A stretch of 47,952 nt of DNA, taken from assembly GCA_042577285.1 (NCBI GenBank), contig JBHPDM010000005.1, positions 1 through 47,952 of the forward strand, given 5' to 3'. A program made the translations under genes and the position numbers. Under the pieces are notes generated by a model, which had not been told where the DNA came from, made no database searches, and was given only the letters and a program-made list of their open reading frames with translations. This stretch comes from Candidatus Omnitrophota bacterium. Its GTDB lineage: Bacteria > Omnitrophota > Gorgyraeia > Gygaellales > Profunditerraquicolaceae. Shown here one piece after another: positions 8,905 to 18,136 of the stretch (position 1 is the first letter of the stretch; every line of letters begins with the position of its first letter).

Positions 8905-9880
8905 TTATAGAAATAAGAGGGTGCTGATTACTGGGGGATTGGGTTTTATAGGCAGTAACCTGGCGATTGCCCTCATAGATCAGGGCGCGCAAGTTACAAT
9001 CGCTGATAATATGTTAACCGGCCAGGGGGCTAACCTTTTTAATATCAAGCCGGTACGCAGGAAAGTTAAGCTTAGTTTTGCCGATATCAGGGATCCCCGT
9101 CCGGTAAATCAATTAATAAGAGGCAAAGACTATATATTTCATCTTGCCGGCCAGGTCAGCCACGTGGATAGTATAAAAAATCCCCTGCAGGATTTAAGTA
9201 TCAATGTGGAGGGTACGCTGGTTGTGCTTGAGGCATGCCGCAAGCTTAACCCCGAGGCCAGGGTGATCTTCACCGGCACCCGCGGTCAGTACGGCAGTAG
9301 CGTAAGGCTTCCCGTTGATGAGGACCATCCGATGAACCCTAAGGGGGTCTATGCGATCACCAATCTCTGCGCTGAGCAGCTGGTGATGGTCTATGATACT
9401 CTACATAATATCAGGGCGGTGGCCTTAAGGATCACCAATACCTACGGGCCAAGACACCAGATGCTGCATGATAAATACGGCGTCCTTAACTGGTTTATCC
9501 GCAGGGCGATAGATAACCAAGAGGTCCCGGTATTCGGCAAGGGGATGATCTTAAGGGATTTTCTTTACGTTGACGACCTGATAGAGGCGCTTCTTGCTTG
9601 CGGGTCGTCTCGTAAGGCCTACGGCAATATTTTTAACGTGGGAAGTGGTAAGGGGGTAAATTTTATTGAGCTGGCCCAGGAGATAGTCAAGCTGGCAAAG
9701 AGCGGAAGGGTCAAGTTTACCGCCTTCTCCAAAGAGAGAAGTCAGATCGAGCCGGGGGACTATTACGCGGATATCTCTAAGATTAAGAGTGTCACCGGCT
9801 GGAGCCCTGAGGTGGACTTGGAGACCGGGATAAAAAAGACCTTGGATTATTACAGGAAGCATAAGAATGAGTACTGGTAA
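8894..9880 (+). CDS. NAD-dependent epimerase/dehydratase with atypical catalytic motif (YAITN)
   Basis: TGGLGFIG, GTRGQYG, RITNTYGPR, RDFLYVDD; alternative start 8879. Confidence 0.88.
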   Translation: MASSYRNKRVLITGGLGFIGSNLAIALIDQGAQVTIADNMLTGQGANLFNIKPVRRKVKLSFADIRDPRPVNQLIRGKDYIFHLAGQVSHVDSIKNPLQDLSINVEGTLVVLEACRKLNPEARVIFTGTRGQYGSSVRLPVDEDHPMNPKGVYAITNLCAEQLVMVYDTLHNIRAVALRITNTYGPRHQMLHDKYGVLNWFIRRAIDNQEVPVFGKGMILRDFLYVDDLIEALLACGSSRKAYGNIFNVGSGKGVNFIELAQEIVKLAKSGRVKFTAFSKERSQIEPGDYYADISKIKSVTGWSPEVDLETGIKKTLDYYRKHKNEYW

Positions 9881-10829
9881 GAGGTTAAATGTCTTGGTTA
9901 CCGGCGCAGGGACGGTCACCGCAGGCAATGTGATAAAGGCCTTAAATGACGCGGGTGGATTCAGAGTGATTTCGACTGATATTAATAAGAGGGAGTTTGT
10001 AGCCTACGCTTATTTTAGCGATAAGTTTTACCGGGTCCCCCGCGGCGATGATAAGAGATACATCGCGCGTTTAATCTGGATCGTAAAGAAAGAGAAGGTC
10101 GATGTGCTCATCCCGATCGTAGATGAGGAGCTGATGCCAGTCTCAAAGAGCAAAAAGAGGTTCAAGGGGTTGGGGGCGGCGGTGGTCATCTCCGGGCCGA
10201 AGGCTATCGAACTGTGCGCAGATAAATATAAGACTTACAGATTCCTCAATAAGCATGGTTTTTTTACCGCGCCCACATACCTGCCCGCCCAGAGGCATAG
10301 GCTTAGAAGATCTGATTTCCCGATGATGCTCAAGCCAAGAAGCGGTAAGGGTAGCGTCGGCCTTTACAAGGTATTTGACAGCGGGGGACTAACTTCGCTT
10401 TTACGGCGCGAAAAAAATGTGGTGATTCAGAAATTTATCAGCGGTCCGGAATACACCGTTGATACCTTCAGCGATAAGAGGGGTAATCTCAGGGTGGCGG
10501 TGCCGAGGCTGCGCATAGAGACAAAGGCCGGCGTCTCCTACAAGGGTGAGACGGTCAGTGACAGATGCCTGATAAAGGCAGCGGCCAGGATAGTCAAGCT
10601 TTTTGGAATAATCGGGCCGGCCAATATCCAGTGCATAAAGACTAAGGGAAGATTCTGCTTTATTGAAGTCAATCCTAGGTTCTCTGGAGGGCTGGCCCTG
10701 ACGGTGAAAGCGGGGGTGAACACACCGCTGATGGCGGTCGACCTGGCCTTGGGCAGGCAGATAAGAGGCGCTGCGGATTTTAAGGCAGGCCTGAAGATGG
10801 TACGTTATGTCAGGGAGATATTCTTCTAA
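9867..10829 (+). CDS. ATP-grasp protein (carbamoyl-phosphate-synthase-like family found in glycan loci)
   Basis: LIPIVDEEL, DKYKTY, KPRSGKGS, IQKFISGPEYTVD, IEVNPRFSGG. Confidence 0.88.
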   Translation: MSTGKRLNVLVTGAGTVTAGNVIKALNDAGGFRVISTDINKREFVAYAYFSDKFYRVPRGDDKRYIARLIWIVKKEKVDVLIPIVDEELMPVSKSKKRFKGLGAAVVISGPKAIELCADKYKTYRFLNKHGFFTAPTYLPAQRHRLRRSDFPMMLKPRSGKGSVGLYKVFDSGGLTSLLRREKNVVIQKFISGPEYTVDTFSDKRGNLRVAVPRLRIETKAGVSYKGETVSDRCLIKAAARIVKLFGIIGPANIQCIKTKGRFCFIEVNPRFSGGLALTVKAGVNTPLMAVDLALGRQIRGAADFKAGLKMVRYVREIFF

Positions 10830-11490
10830 ACCTAAAGCCAAAAAGGATCTGACGATATATCTGGACCTGGACGGTCCGCTGATCGATTTCTCTGAACGCT
10901 CTTATCGTGCCTATAGGGACTCATTGGAGCCGAAGCAGGATGAAAGGCCGTTAAAGAGGGCCGCCTATTGGCGCAGGAAGAGGAGTAGGTATGCCCTGGA
11001 GGAGATCTATAAGGCATCAGGAGGCAGGGGATACTTTGGGCGCTTCAAGAGGGGGTACCTCAGGCGCATAGAGGCACCGGTCTATCTGAAATTCGACAGG
11101 CTGAATAAGAACGCCTTAGAGTTTTTGAAGAGACAAAGGGGCAGTAAGGTCGTACTGGTCACCTTAAGAAGAAACAGACGCAATCTGATCCAGGAGTTAA
11201 ACAGGTTTAAGATAAAGGATTATTTCGACGCGATTTTAAGCCGGCCAAACAGAAAAGAGGCCTATAAGGAAAAGATCAGGCTGATATCTGCAGGAGGCTT
11301 TTTTAATAAGCGTAATTCAGTGATCATCGGTGATACTGAGGCCGATATCCTGGCAGGTAGATATCTGCGAATCAAGGCTATCGCCGTCCTCTCCGGTATT
11401 AGATCTTTAGCGTTATTAAAAAGGCTTAAGCCACTGAGGATAGTCAGGGATCTAGGAGCGTTAAAGACAATTGATGGAGAGATATCCTAA
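10807..11490 (+). CDS. HAD-superfamily hydrolase
   Basis: Motif I DLDGPL, motif II LVTLR, motif IV IGDTEADI. Confidence 0.85.
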   Translation: MSGRYSSKPKAKKDLTIYLDLDGPLIDFSERSYRAYRDSLEPKQDERPLKRAAYWRRKRSRYALEEIYKASGGRGYFGRFKRGYLRRIEAPVYLKFDRLNKNALEFLKRQRGSKVVLVTLRRNRRNLIQELNRFKIKDYFDAILSRPNRKEAYKEKIRLISAGGFFNKRNSVIIGDTEADILAGRYLRIKAIAVLSGIRSLALLKRLKPLRIVRDLGALKTIDGEIS

Positions 11491-12481
11491 GTTTACGGTC
11501 TCGATCCCGGTATATAATTCTTCAAGATACCTGGCCGGATGTTTAAAAAGTATCAGGGGACAGGACTATCCTAAGGATAAGATAGAGGTGGTCGTAGCTG
11601 ATGGCGGTTCGACTGACAATACGGTTGAGATAGCCAGGGATTCAGGTGCCAGGGTGTACAATAACTTGAAACGCCTGGGTGATTATGGGGCAAAGGTCGT
11701 CGCTGAGCATGCGACAGGGGAGCTGTTGGTAGTCTTCGCCGCAGATAATGAACTTGTGGGTAAAGACTGGTTAAGAAGGGTTGCGGAGGTTTTTGCCGCA
11801 TACCCCCGCGTAGCCGCCCTTTGGGGCAGGATTGTCTCTGGCAGAAATGATGCGCGTATAAATAAATACTACGCCCTGATCCAAAGCGACCCGATGTCGC
11901 ATTTTATTAACAAAAATCTTGATTATTACTTCAAAAGGAATCCTGTAAGCCGGTCGCCTTCGGTAGGAGATCATTTTCTCTTCGATGTCATGCCGGATAG
12001 GCAGCTTTGTTGGGGGGCCAACGGGCTGGTCTACAGGCTGGATCTGGTCAAGGACATTATCCTACGCAGTGAGTATGTGGGTGATAATGAAGTATTTCAA
12101 TACATGACAGAAAGCGGCAATAATAGGGTAGCCTACCTGCCGGACCTCAAGACCGCCCACCATCATATAGACAGTATCAGGGGCTGGGCAGGAAAGTGGA
12201 AGAGGAATCTTACTACGCTTTTCTTTGCGCACGCCCAAGAAAGGCGCGTAGACTGGGCATTCAGGCAGAGGTTTAAACTGAAACTTGTTTTCTGGCTAAT
12301 CTATAGCCTTTTCTTTCCGATATCTTTGCTGCATTCCGTATTCTTAGCGCTAAGGGAGCGCACGGCCTATTGGCTGTATCATCCGTTGATGTGTTTTATC
12401 CAGACCTTTGTCTATGTAGTTTATACGCTCAAGCAAAGAAACGGATTAAAGATACTCTTTAACTACGGAAGCCCGCGATGA
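11474..12481 (+). CDS. Glycosyltransferase family 2 with C-terminal TM helices
   Basis: IPVYNS, DGGSTDNT, AADNE, GANG; hydrophobic C-terminus; TTG alternative start at 11471. Confidence 0.9.
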   Translation: MERYPKFTVSIPVYNSSRYLAGCLKSIRGQDYPKDKIEVVVADGGSTDNTVEIARDSGARVYNNLKRLGDYGAKVVAEHATGELLVVFAADNELVGKDWLRRVAEVFAAYPRVAALWGRIVSGRNDARINKYYALIQSDPMSHFINKNLDYYFKRNPVSRSPSVGDHFLFDVMPDRQLCWGANGLVYRLDLVKDIILRSEYVGDNEVFQYMTESGNNRVAYLPDLKTAHHHIDSIRGWAGKWKRNLTTLFFAHAQERRVDWAFRQRFKLKLVFWLIYSLFFPISLLHSVFLALRERTAYWLYHPLMCFIQTFVYVVYTLKQRNGLKILFNYGSPR

Positions 12482-13473
12482 AAAGGATATTTATCACAGG
12501 CGGAGCCGGATTCATCGGTTCGCATATTGCCGAAAGCCTGATAAGCAAGGGACATAAGGTCACTATCTATGATAATTTTGATTCCGGTTCGCCTGAAAAC
12601 ATCAGGAGCTTTAAGGACAAGGTTAAGGTGATCAGAGGCGATATTATGGATTATTCAAAGCTCTTAAGGGCGATGAAAGGGCATGATGTCATATCTCATC
12701 AGGCAGCGCAGCTTGAGATCCTCAGGTGCATCGATGATCCGCTTGTTGATTTAAGGAGTAACACCGTAGGCACGCTGAACGTTCTGAAGGCTGCCGCAAA
12801 GAATAAGATCAAGAGGCTGATCAATGCTTCTTCAGCCTGTGTCTACGGCCAGGCAGAATCCCTCCCGCAGGGGGAAGGACATCCTAAGAACCCGAACTGG
12901 CCTTATGGGGTAAGTAAATTGGCGGCTGAAAAATACTGCCGGATCTTTCAGGATTATTACGGTATCTGCGTGACCAGTTTACGGTACGGGATAGTCTATG
13001 GGCCACGTGAGTGGTTCGGGAGGGTGTTGACCTATTTCATCAAGAGGGCGCTTGAAAAGAAGCCCTTGATAGTATTTGACAGGAAGGTGACACGCGATTT
13101 TATCTTTGTAGATGACGTGGTCAGATTCCATAACCTCTGCCTGACAAAGAGCAGTACAGGGGGACAGGTCTTCAATGTCGCCACGGGTAAAGGGACCGAT
13201 TTATACGGGCTGGCAAAGAAGGTTAAGGAGGTAACCGGACTGAAGGATAGGATCATCTTTGATTCCCCGCAGGAGGGCAGACCATCAAAATATATGCCGG
13301 AACGCAAACGTCTTCCTGCTGAACTTAAGAAAATGGTTCTGGACACAGGAAAGGCAAAGAAGCTTACCGGATGGAATCCGCAGGTGGACCTGGCCGAGGG
13401 GATCCGCAGAGAGTTCCTCTGGCTGAAAGCAAACCGCAGGCGCTGGTCGAGCAAGGGGAGGATCCGTGTCTAA
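12478..13473 (+). CDS. NAD-dependent epimerase/dehydratase (UDP-glucose 4-epimerase-like)
   Basis: TGGAGFIG, SSACVYG, PYGVSK, RDFIFVDD. Confidence 0.9.
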   Translation: MKRIFITGGAGFIGSHIAESLISKGHKVTIYDNFDSGSPENIRSFKDKVKVIRGDIMDYSKLLRAMKGHDVISHQAAQLEILRCIDDPLVDLRSNTVGTLNVLKAAAKNKIKRLINASSACVYGQAESLPQGEGHPKNPNWPYGVSKLAAEKYCRIFQDYYGICVTSLRYGIVYGPREWFGRVLTYFIKRALEKKPLIVFDRKVTRDFIFVDDVVRFHNLCLTKSSTGGQVFNVATGKGTDLYGLAKKVKEVTGLKDRIIFDSPQEGRPSKYMPERKRLPAELKKMVLDTGKAKKLTGWNPQVDLAEGIRREFLWLKANRRRWSSKGRIRV

Positions 13474-14929
13474 GATCATGCTGATCAATCCGCCCTTTAA
13501 CACCTACGACGAGAAGCGGGGCGTTGAGCTGACCTTCCCCTTAGGGTTAGGGTATCTGGCGGCGATATTAAGAGATGCAGGTTATACAGATATCGATATT
13601 CTGGATATCGTTGCCGAAGGAAGCGGCCATTGCCGCAAATACAAGGATACAAGATTTTTTTGTTTTGGTCTAAGCCCAAGCGATATCGAGAGGCAGGTCA
13701 GGGCGAGTTCTCCTGACATCGTCGGCATAACCTGTTCTTTTACGAAAAGATTCGCAAATGTAATCGACGTAGCCGCAATCGTCAAGCAGGTCAATTCGAA
13801 AATAAAGGTCATAATCGGCGGGTCGCATCCTTCGGCAATGCCGGAAGACGCCGTAAGGCAAAGGGATGTCGATTTCGTCGTGATCGGTGAAGGGGAAAAG
13901 TCATTCCTGAAATTGATCGATCACCTGGCTGCAGGAAAAGGGAGGCTTGAGAAAATAGACGGCCTGGCGTATAAAGATAATGGCGGTATCCGTATCAACG
14001 AAAAACGAGAATATATAGAAGACCTGGATTCTATTCCCTTTCCGCTGCGCGAGATATTCCCAATGGATACTTATATCAGGGCTAAGCGTAACAGCGTGAT
14101 CACTAGTAGGGGGTGTCCTTTCCGGTGCAGCTTTTGCAGCATTCATTGCGTCTGGGGAAGGCGTTGGCGCGCGCGCAGCGCCAGGAACGTCGTTGACGAA
14201 ATCGAGCACCTGGTAAACAGGTACAAGGTCGATTTTATATCCTTCGATGACGATAACTTTGCATTTGATAAGCAGAGGGCTAGGGATATCTGCCAGGAGA
14301 TGATCGACCGTAGATTGGACGTCCTCTGGAATACCCCTAATGGCATTTCGATAGTAGGCTTGGATAAGCGGCTGCTTGAGAAGATGAAGGAATCCGGCTG
14401 TTACGCCTTGAATCTGGCCATAGAGTCGGGCGATCCCTTTATTTTAAATAAGGTGATGAAAAAAACTACTTCGTTAGACCAGATCCGCAGGGTGGTAAGA
14501 TGGTGCAGGGAGCTGGGGATCCTGACTCTCGGGTATTTTGTGATCGGCATGCCCAAAGAGACCAAAGAATCAATGAGGTGTTCTTTTGAATTTGCCAAGG
14601 AATTGATGCTGGATGTCGTAAATGTCTTTATAGCTACACCGTATCCGGGAAGCCAGCTTTACGAGGAATGCATAAAGAAGGATTATTTAGCAAACAGGGA
14701 CTTGGTAAGTTTTACGGCTTTCGATGCTGTGATCGAGACCCCGGACTTGAAAGCCAGAGATGTGCAGGAATTTCTGCATTATTTTGTCGATCAGTATAAT
14801 AGGTTCCATGATTCCCGAAGCGGGATACCTTCTTCGGTATTTAAGGAGGCGATCCGACGGCCGACAAGGGAATTATTAAAGAGTCTTGGATCCGGCGTTT
14901 ATGCAAAGAATCATGGGGTATGCAGGTGA
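13466..14929 (+). CDS. B12-binding radical SAM protein (class B methyltransferase-like)
   Basis: GTG start with GGGGAGG SD; PLGLGYLAA, GGSHPS, GEGE, TSRGCPFRCSFC (CxxxCxxC), DDNF, IESG, PYPGS. Confidence 0.92.
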   Translation: MSKIMLINPPFNTYDEKRGVELTFPLGLGYLAAILRDAGYTDIDILDIVAEGSGHCRKYKDTRFFCFGLSPSDIERQVRASSPDIVGITCSFTKRFANVIDVAAIVKQVNSKIKVIIGGSHPSAMPEDAVRQRDVDFVVIGEGEKSFLKLIDHLAAGKGRLEKIDGLAYKDNGGIRINEKREYIEDLDSIPFPLREIFPMDTYIRAKRNSVITSRGCPFRCSFCSIHCVWGRRWRARSARNVVDEIEHLVNRYKVDFISFDDDNFAFDKQRARDICQEMIDRRLDVLWNTPNGISIVGLDKRLLEKMKESGCYALNLAIESGDPFILNKVMKKTTSLDQIRRVVRWCRELGILTLGYFVIGMPKETKESMRCSFEFAKELMLDVVNVFIATPYPGSQLYEECIKKDYLANRDLVSFTAFDAVIETPDLKARDVQEFLHYFVDQYNRFHDSRSGIPSSVFKEAIRRPTRELLKSLGSGVYAKNHGVCR

Positions 14930-15271
14930 AAAAGATTAGAAATCTCAGCTTGGGTAAAAAAATGGAAGAGGGATTATACCGAGATTTTCTTAAAGACTAG
15001 GCATGGGCGCCGGATCGAATGGCTCTAACATGGAAATTCCCGGTTAAAGATGTCTTTTTGGCTGATCTATAGTCTAGTCCTTCTGTTTTCTGGCCTGCAT
15101 GCTCTGTACCTTGCGCTGCGCGATAAGAATATCTACTGGCTCTATCATCCTCTGATGTGCTTTTTGCAGACCGCTACATATTTATTTTGGACCTTAGCCT
15201 TACCTGAAGGAAGGGCGGCGCTCGTTGAGCATATAAAATCAGGAGTTCCCCGGCAGGCTCATTTTTTTTAA
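14930..15271 (+). pseudogene. Remnant of a GT2 gene (C-terminal third), paralog of 11474-12481, with in-frame TAA at 15026-15028
   Basis: Translation ISAWVKKWKRDYTEIFLKTRHGRRIEWL*HGNSRLKMSFWLIYSL...YWLYHPLMCFLQT aligns by eye with IRGWAGKWKRNLTTLFFAHAQERRVDWAFRQRFKLKLVFWLIYSL...YWLYHPLMCFIQT; catalytic N-terminal domain absent. Confidence 0.85.
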
Positions 15272-15275
15272 AAAT

Positions 15276-16421
15276 ATGGCTGAATCCTATAATATGATTG
15301 TAACGCATAGGTTATATACCGGCGCCGGACAGGACTTATACAGGTATCTTAAAAACAATAATTCTTCTGTTTTGTTAGTTGAACATAGTTTTGCTTCTTA
15401 TCCTGACCGGAGAACGGTCTTTTCTTTTTTCGACGGAAAGAACGAATCAAAAAAAAGCGGGATTAATTTTAGATTTTTACCGGATATCCTTTGCTATATC
15501 AAAGATTTTTGTTATTCATTTTATGCGGCTGCGCGCTTCCCCTATAGATACAAAAGATATTTTGGCTGCGGAGGGTTCAACGTGATCCCGGCGCTGATCT
15601 TGAGGGCGCTGGGCAGAGTAGACAAAGTCATTTTTTATACGATAGATTTTGCTCCAAGGCGATTTAAAAATAGTATTTTAAATTTACTTTATCGTTTTAT
15701 AGACCAAATAGCAGTCACTTTCGCAGACGAGATATGGAATGTCAGTGAACGGATATCTCAGGCAAGGGAAAATTTCTCTAAGATCCCCAAAAGAATATCC
15801 CGTAAGCAGAAGTGCGTGCCGATCGGCATCTGGATAGAGAATTTACCCCGCGAGAGGACGCAGGCAAGGAGCTTAAAGAACCTTGTTTTTTGCGGAGACC
15901 TCACAGAAGGCCAGGGGGTGCAGTTAGTCCTTCAGGCGATCCCGGAGATCGTCCGTCATCTAAATGACTTTAAATTCACAGTCATTGGCGACGGAGATTA
16001 TCTTTGTATTTTAAAAGAAATGTCTAGAGAGCTGGGAATCGAGAAGTTTGTTGATTTCACCGGCCCGATCTACGATAGCGCTAGCCTCCTGAAGAGGTTA
16101 TGTTTATTCCGTATCGCCGTTGCCCCATATCTTGGCGATGAGTTATCTACTGCGTATTTTGCCGATCAGACTAAACCAAAGACATATTTTTCCTGCAGCC
16201 TGCCGGTAGTCATAACTAAGCTGCCCTGGATACATGAGTTGGTCGAGCAAAGGAATTTGGGCCTGGTCATAGATTATAATAAAAGCCAGATGGCTTCTGC
16301 TGTAGTAAGATTGATGAACGACGATAAGCTCTATCAGGAATGTAGGAAGAATATCGAAAGCTTTATTTCTGAGTTAGACTGGAGTAAAATTTTTGAAAAT
16401 GCCTTAACCGGTAAGATATGA
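15276..16421 (+). CDS. Glycosyltransferase family 4-like (GT-B)
   Basis: YTIDFAPRR, FCGDLTEGQG, IGDG, ADQTKPKTYFSCSLPVVIT. Confidence 0.82.
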   Translation: MAESYNMIVTHRLYTGAGQDLYRYLKNNNSSVLLVEHSFASYPDRRTVFSFFDGKNESKKSGINFRFLPDILCYIKDFCYSFYAAARFPYRYKRYFGCGGFNVIPALILRALGRVDKVIFYTIDFAPRRFKNSILNLLYRFIDQIAVTFADEIWNVSERISQARENFSKIPKRISRKQKCVPIGIWIENLPRERTQARSLKNLVFCGDLTEGQGVQLVLQAIPEIVRHLNDFKFTVIGDGDYLCILKEMSRELGIEKFVDFTGPIYDSASLLKRLCLFRIAVAPYLGDELSTAYFADQTKPKTYFSCSLPVVITKLPWIHELVEQRNLGLVIDYNKSQMASAVVRLMNDDKLYQECRKNIESFISELDWSKIFENALTGKI

Positions 16422-17116
16422 GTATTCTATCCGAAAATTATAACCGTTGGCATAATAATGCAAAATCCGCTAGTGCCTTGAAACATGAATCGGTATTCAA
16501 TGACCGGGTATTAAATATGCTCAAGGCAAAGAGGGGGCAGACCATTTTAGACGTAGGCTGCGGTACGGGTAGTTTTTGTTTAGCCGCATTCAAAAATGGG
16601 CTAGAAATTACAGGCTTAGATTTCTCTTCAGTCGCATTGAAAAAAGCAAGGTCTTTGAACCAGAAGCTTAAGTTAATTTTATCAGATGTACACTCGCTTC
16701 CCTTTGAAGATGGTTTTTTTGACCATGCTGTTTGTCTAGGCAGCCTGGAGCATTTTTCTGATAAAAAAAAGGCTTTAAGAGAAATATCCAGGATATTAAA
16801 GCCATCGGGAAAGGCTTTTATTCTTTTGCCGAATAGTTATTTTATAGGTCATATTTACCTGGTTATGAAGACGGGTATGCCGCCTGATGAGGGTGGGCAA
16901 CAATTTAACGAAGATTTTAATACAAAAATCGGTTGGAAGGATATTCTTGAAAAAGAACATTTTAAGGTTATTTCTATCAAAAAATTTAACACCATTGCGG
17001 CATCCCAAAAGGTTTCTCCAATTACCAGGTATATCTATAACCTTGCAGTTAAACATTTTATTCCATCCAATTTATCATACGCTTTTGGCTATTTATGCGT
17101 GAAAAAAAGAATTTAG
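16418..17116 (+). CDS. Class I SAM-dependent methyltransferase
   Basis: ILDVGCGTG, GLDFS, LPFEDGFFD, SLEHF, RILKPSG. Confidence 0.92.
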   Translation: MSILSENYNRWHNNAKSASALKHESVFNDRVLNMLKAKRGQTILDVGCGTGSFCLAAFKNGLEITGLDFSSVALKKARSLNQKLKLILSDVHSLPFEDGFFDHAVCLGSLEHFSDKKKALREISRILKPSGKAFILLPNSYFIGHIYLVMKTGMPPDEGGQQFNEDFNTKIGWKDILEKEHFKVISIKKFNTIAASQKVSPITRYIYNLAVKHFIPSNLSYAFGYLCVKKRI

Positions 17117-18117
17117 TCTCAATAATTCTTACGAACTATAATAGGAAGAAGTATCTTTTTGATTGCCTGAATTCTTTATTGCAGCAGACATATAGCGATA
17201 TAGAAATTATTTATAGCGACGATGCCTCATCAGACGGAAGTCCTGATTTTGTAAGGGCGAATTTTCCAGAGACAAAAATAACCGTCAATAAGAAGAATAG
17301 TGGGCTTTCAGTCACCAGCAATAACGGGGCACGGTTAGCTCGCGGAGAATATCTTTTCTTTTTTAATAATGACACCATTGCCTTTCCGGATTTGGTCGCT
17401 AATCTGGTAAGGGTAATAGAAGATAAACCCGATGCGGCAGTCGCCAGCCCGGTTCAGCTGCCTTATGACAGCCGCCTGGATGAGGAATGGGCTAAATCCA
17501 GAGCGCAGGGATTTTCTGCTTGCGGCACAGATATTTACGGTAATCCTTGCCCGGCTCTTAGCGAAGAAAAAATGTTTTATCCTGATGCAGCTATATTTAT
17601 AAAGCGTAAGGTCTTTGAGGAAATCGGCGGTTTTGATCCAGATCTTTTCCTCTTTGGCAATGATATTGATATATGTTGGAGGGTCCATTTGCTTGGATAC
17701 AAAATTATCTGCGCTGATCGAGCCAGGTTTCGACACGATTCCCATAGCAGCCAAATCGAGGATGGCAAAGTCCTGACCAGCATAAGAAGGAGGGCGTTGG
17801 TCGAATGTTCGGTGATTAGTATGATACTTAAGTATTACCGCATTAAAACACTACTGTTTATTTTGCCTACTTTTTCTGTTCTGTTTGCTGTAGAGGCTTT
17901 GTTCTTTTTGTTGTTTAAGTTTAATCATAGATTATTCATTCAGGTGTATATTTATGCCGTCGTCTGGAATATGAAGAATCTTAGCCGGACGCTTAAAAAG
18001 CGTTCAGCGATACAGAAAATTAGAAAAGTCGATGATCGTGAGATTATGAAAAAAATGTATTTCGGTTACGCTAAGCTTGATGGCGTTAAGAGGATGGGAA
18101 TACCAGTTATAAGATAG
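17095..18117 (+). CDS. Glycosyltransferase family 2 (rhamnosyltransferase-like)
   Basis: IILTNYN, DDASSDGS, FNNDT, IGGFDPDLFLFGNDIDICWR. Confidence 0.9.
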   Translation: MREKKNLVSIILTNYNRKKYLFDCLNSLLQQTYSDIEIIYSDDASSDGSPDFVRANFPETKITVNKKNSGLSVTSNNGARLARGEYLFFFNNDTIAFPDLVANLVRVIEDKPDAAVASPVQLPYDSRLDEEWAKSRAQGFSACGTDIYGNPCPALSEEKMFYPDAAIFIKRKVFEEIGGFDPDLFLFGNDIDICWRVHLLGYKIICADRARFRHDSHSSQIEDGKVLTSIRRRALVECSVISMILKYYRIKTLLFILPTFSVLFAVEALFFLLFKFNHRLFIQVYIYAVVWNMKNLSRTLKKRSAIQKIRKVDDREIMKKMYFGYAKLDGVKRMGIPVIR

Positions 18118-18136
18118 AGAAATAGGCTAATAAATT

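Noticed and set aside
14927-15271. Stop-codon read-through or recoding fusing the radical SAM protein to the downstream in-frame segment
   Set aside because: A second in-frame stop (TAA 15026) follows, TGA is used as a normal stop elsewhere in the window, and the segment is better explained as a GT2 remnant.
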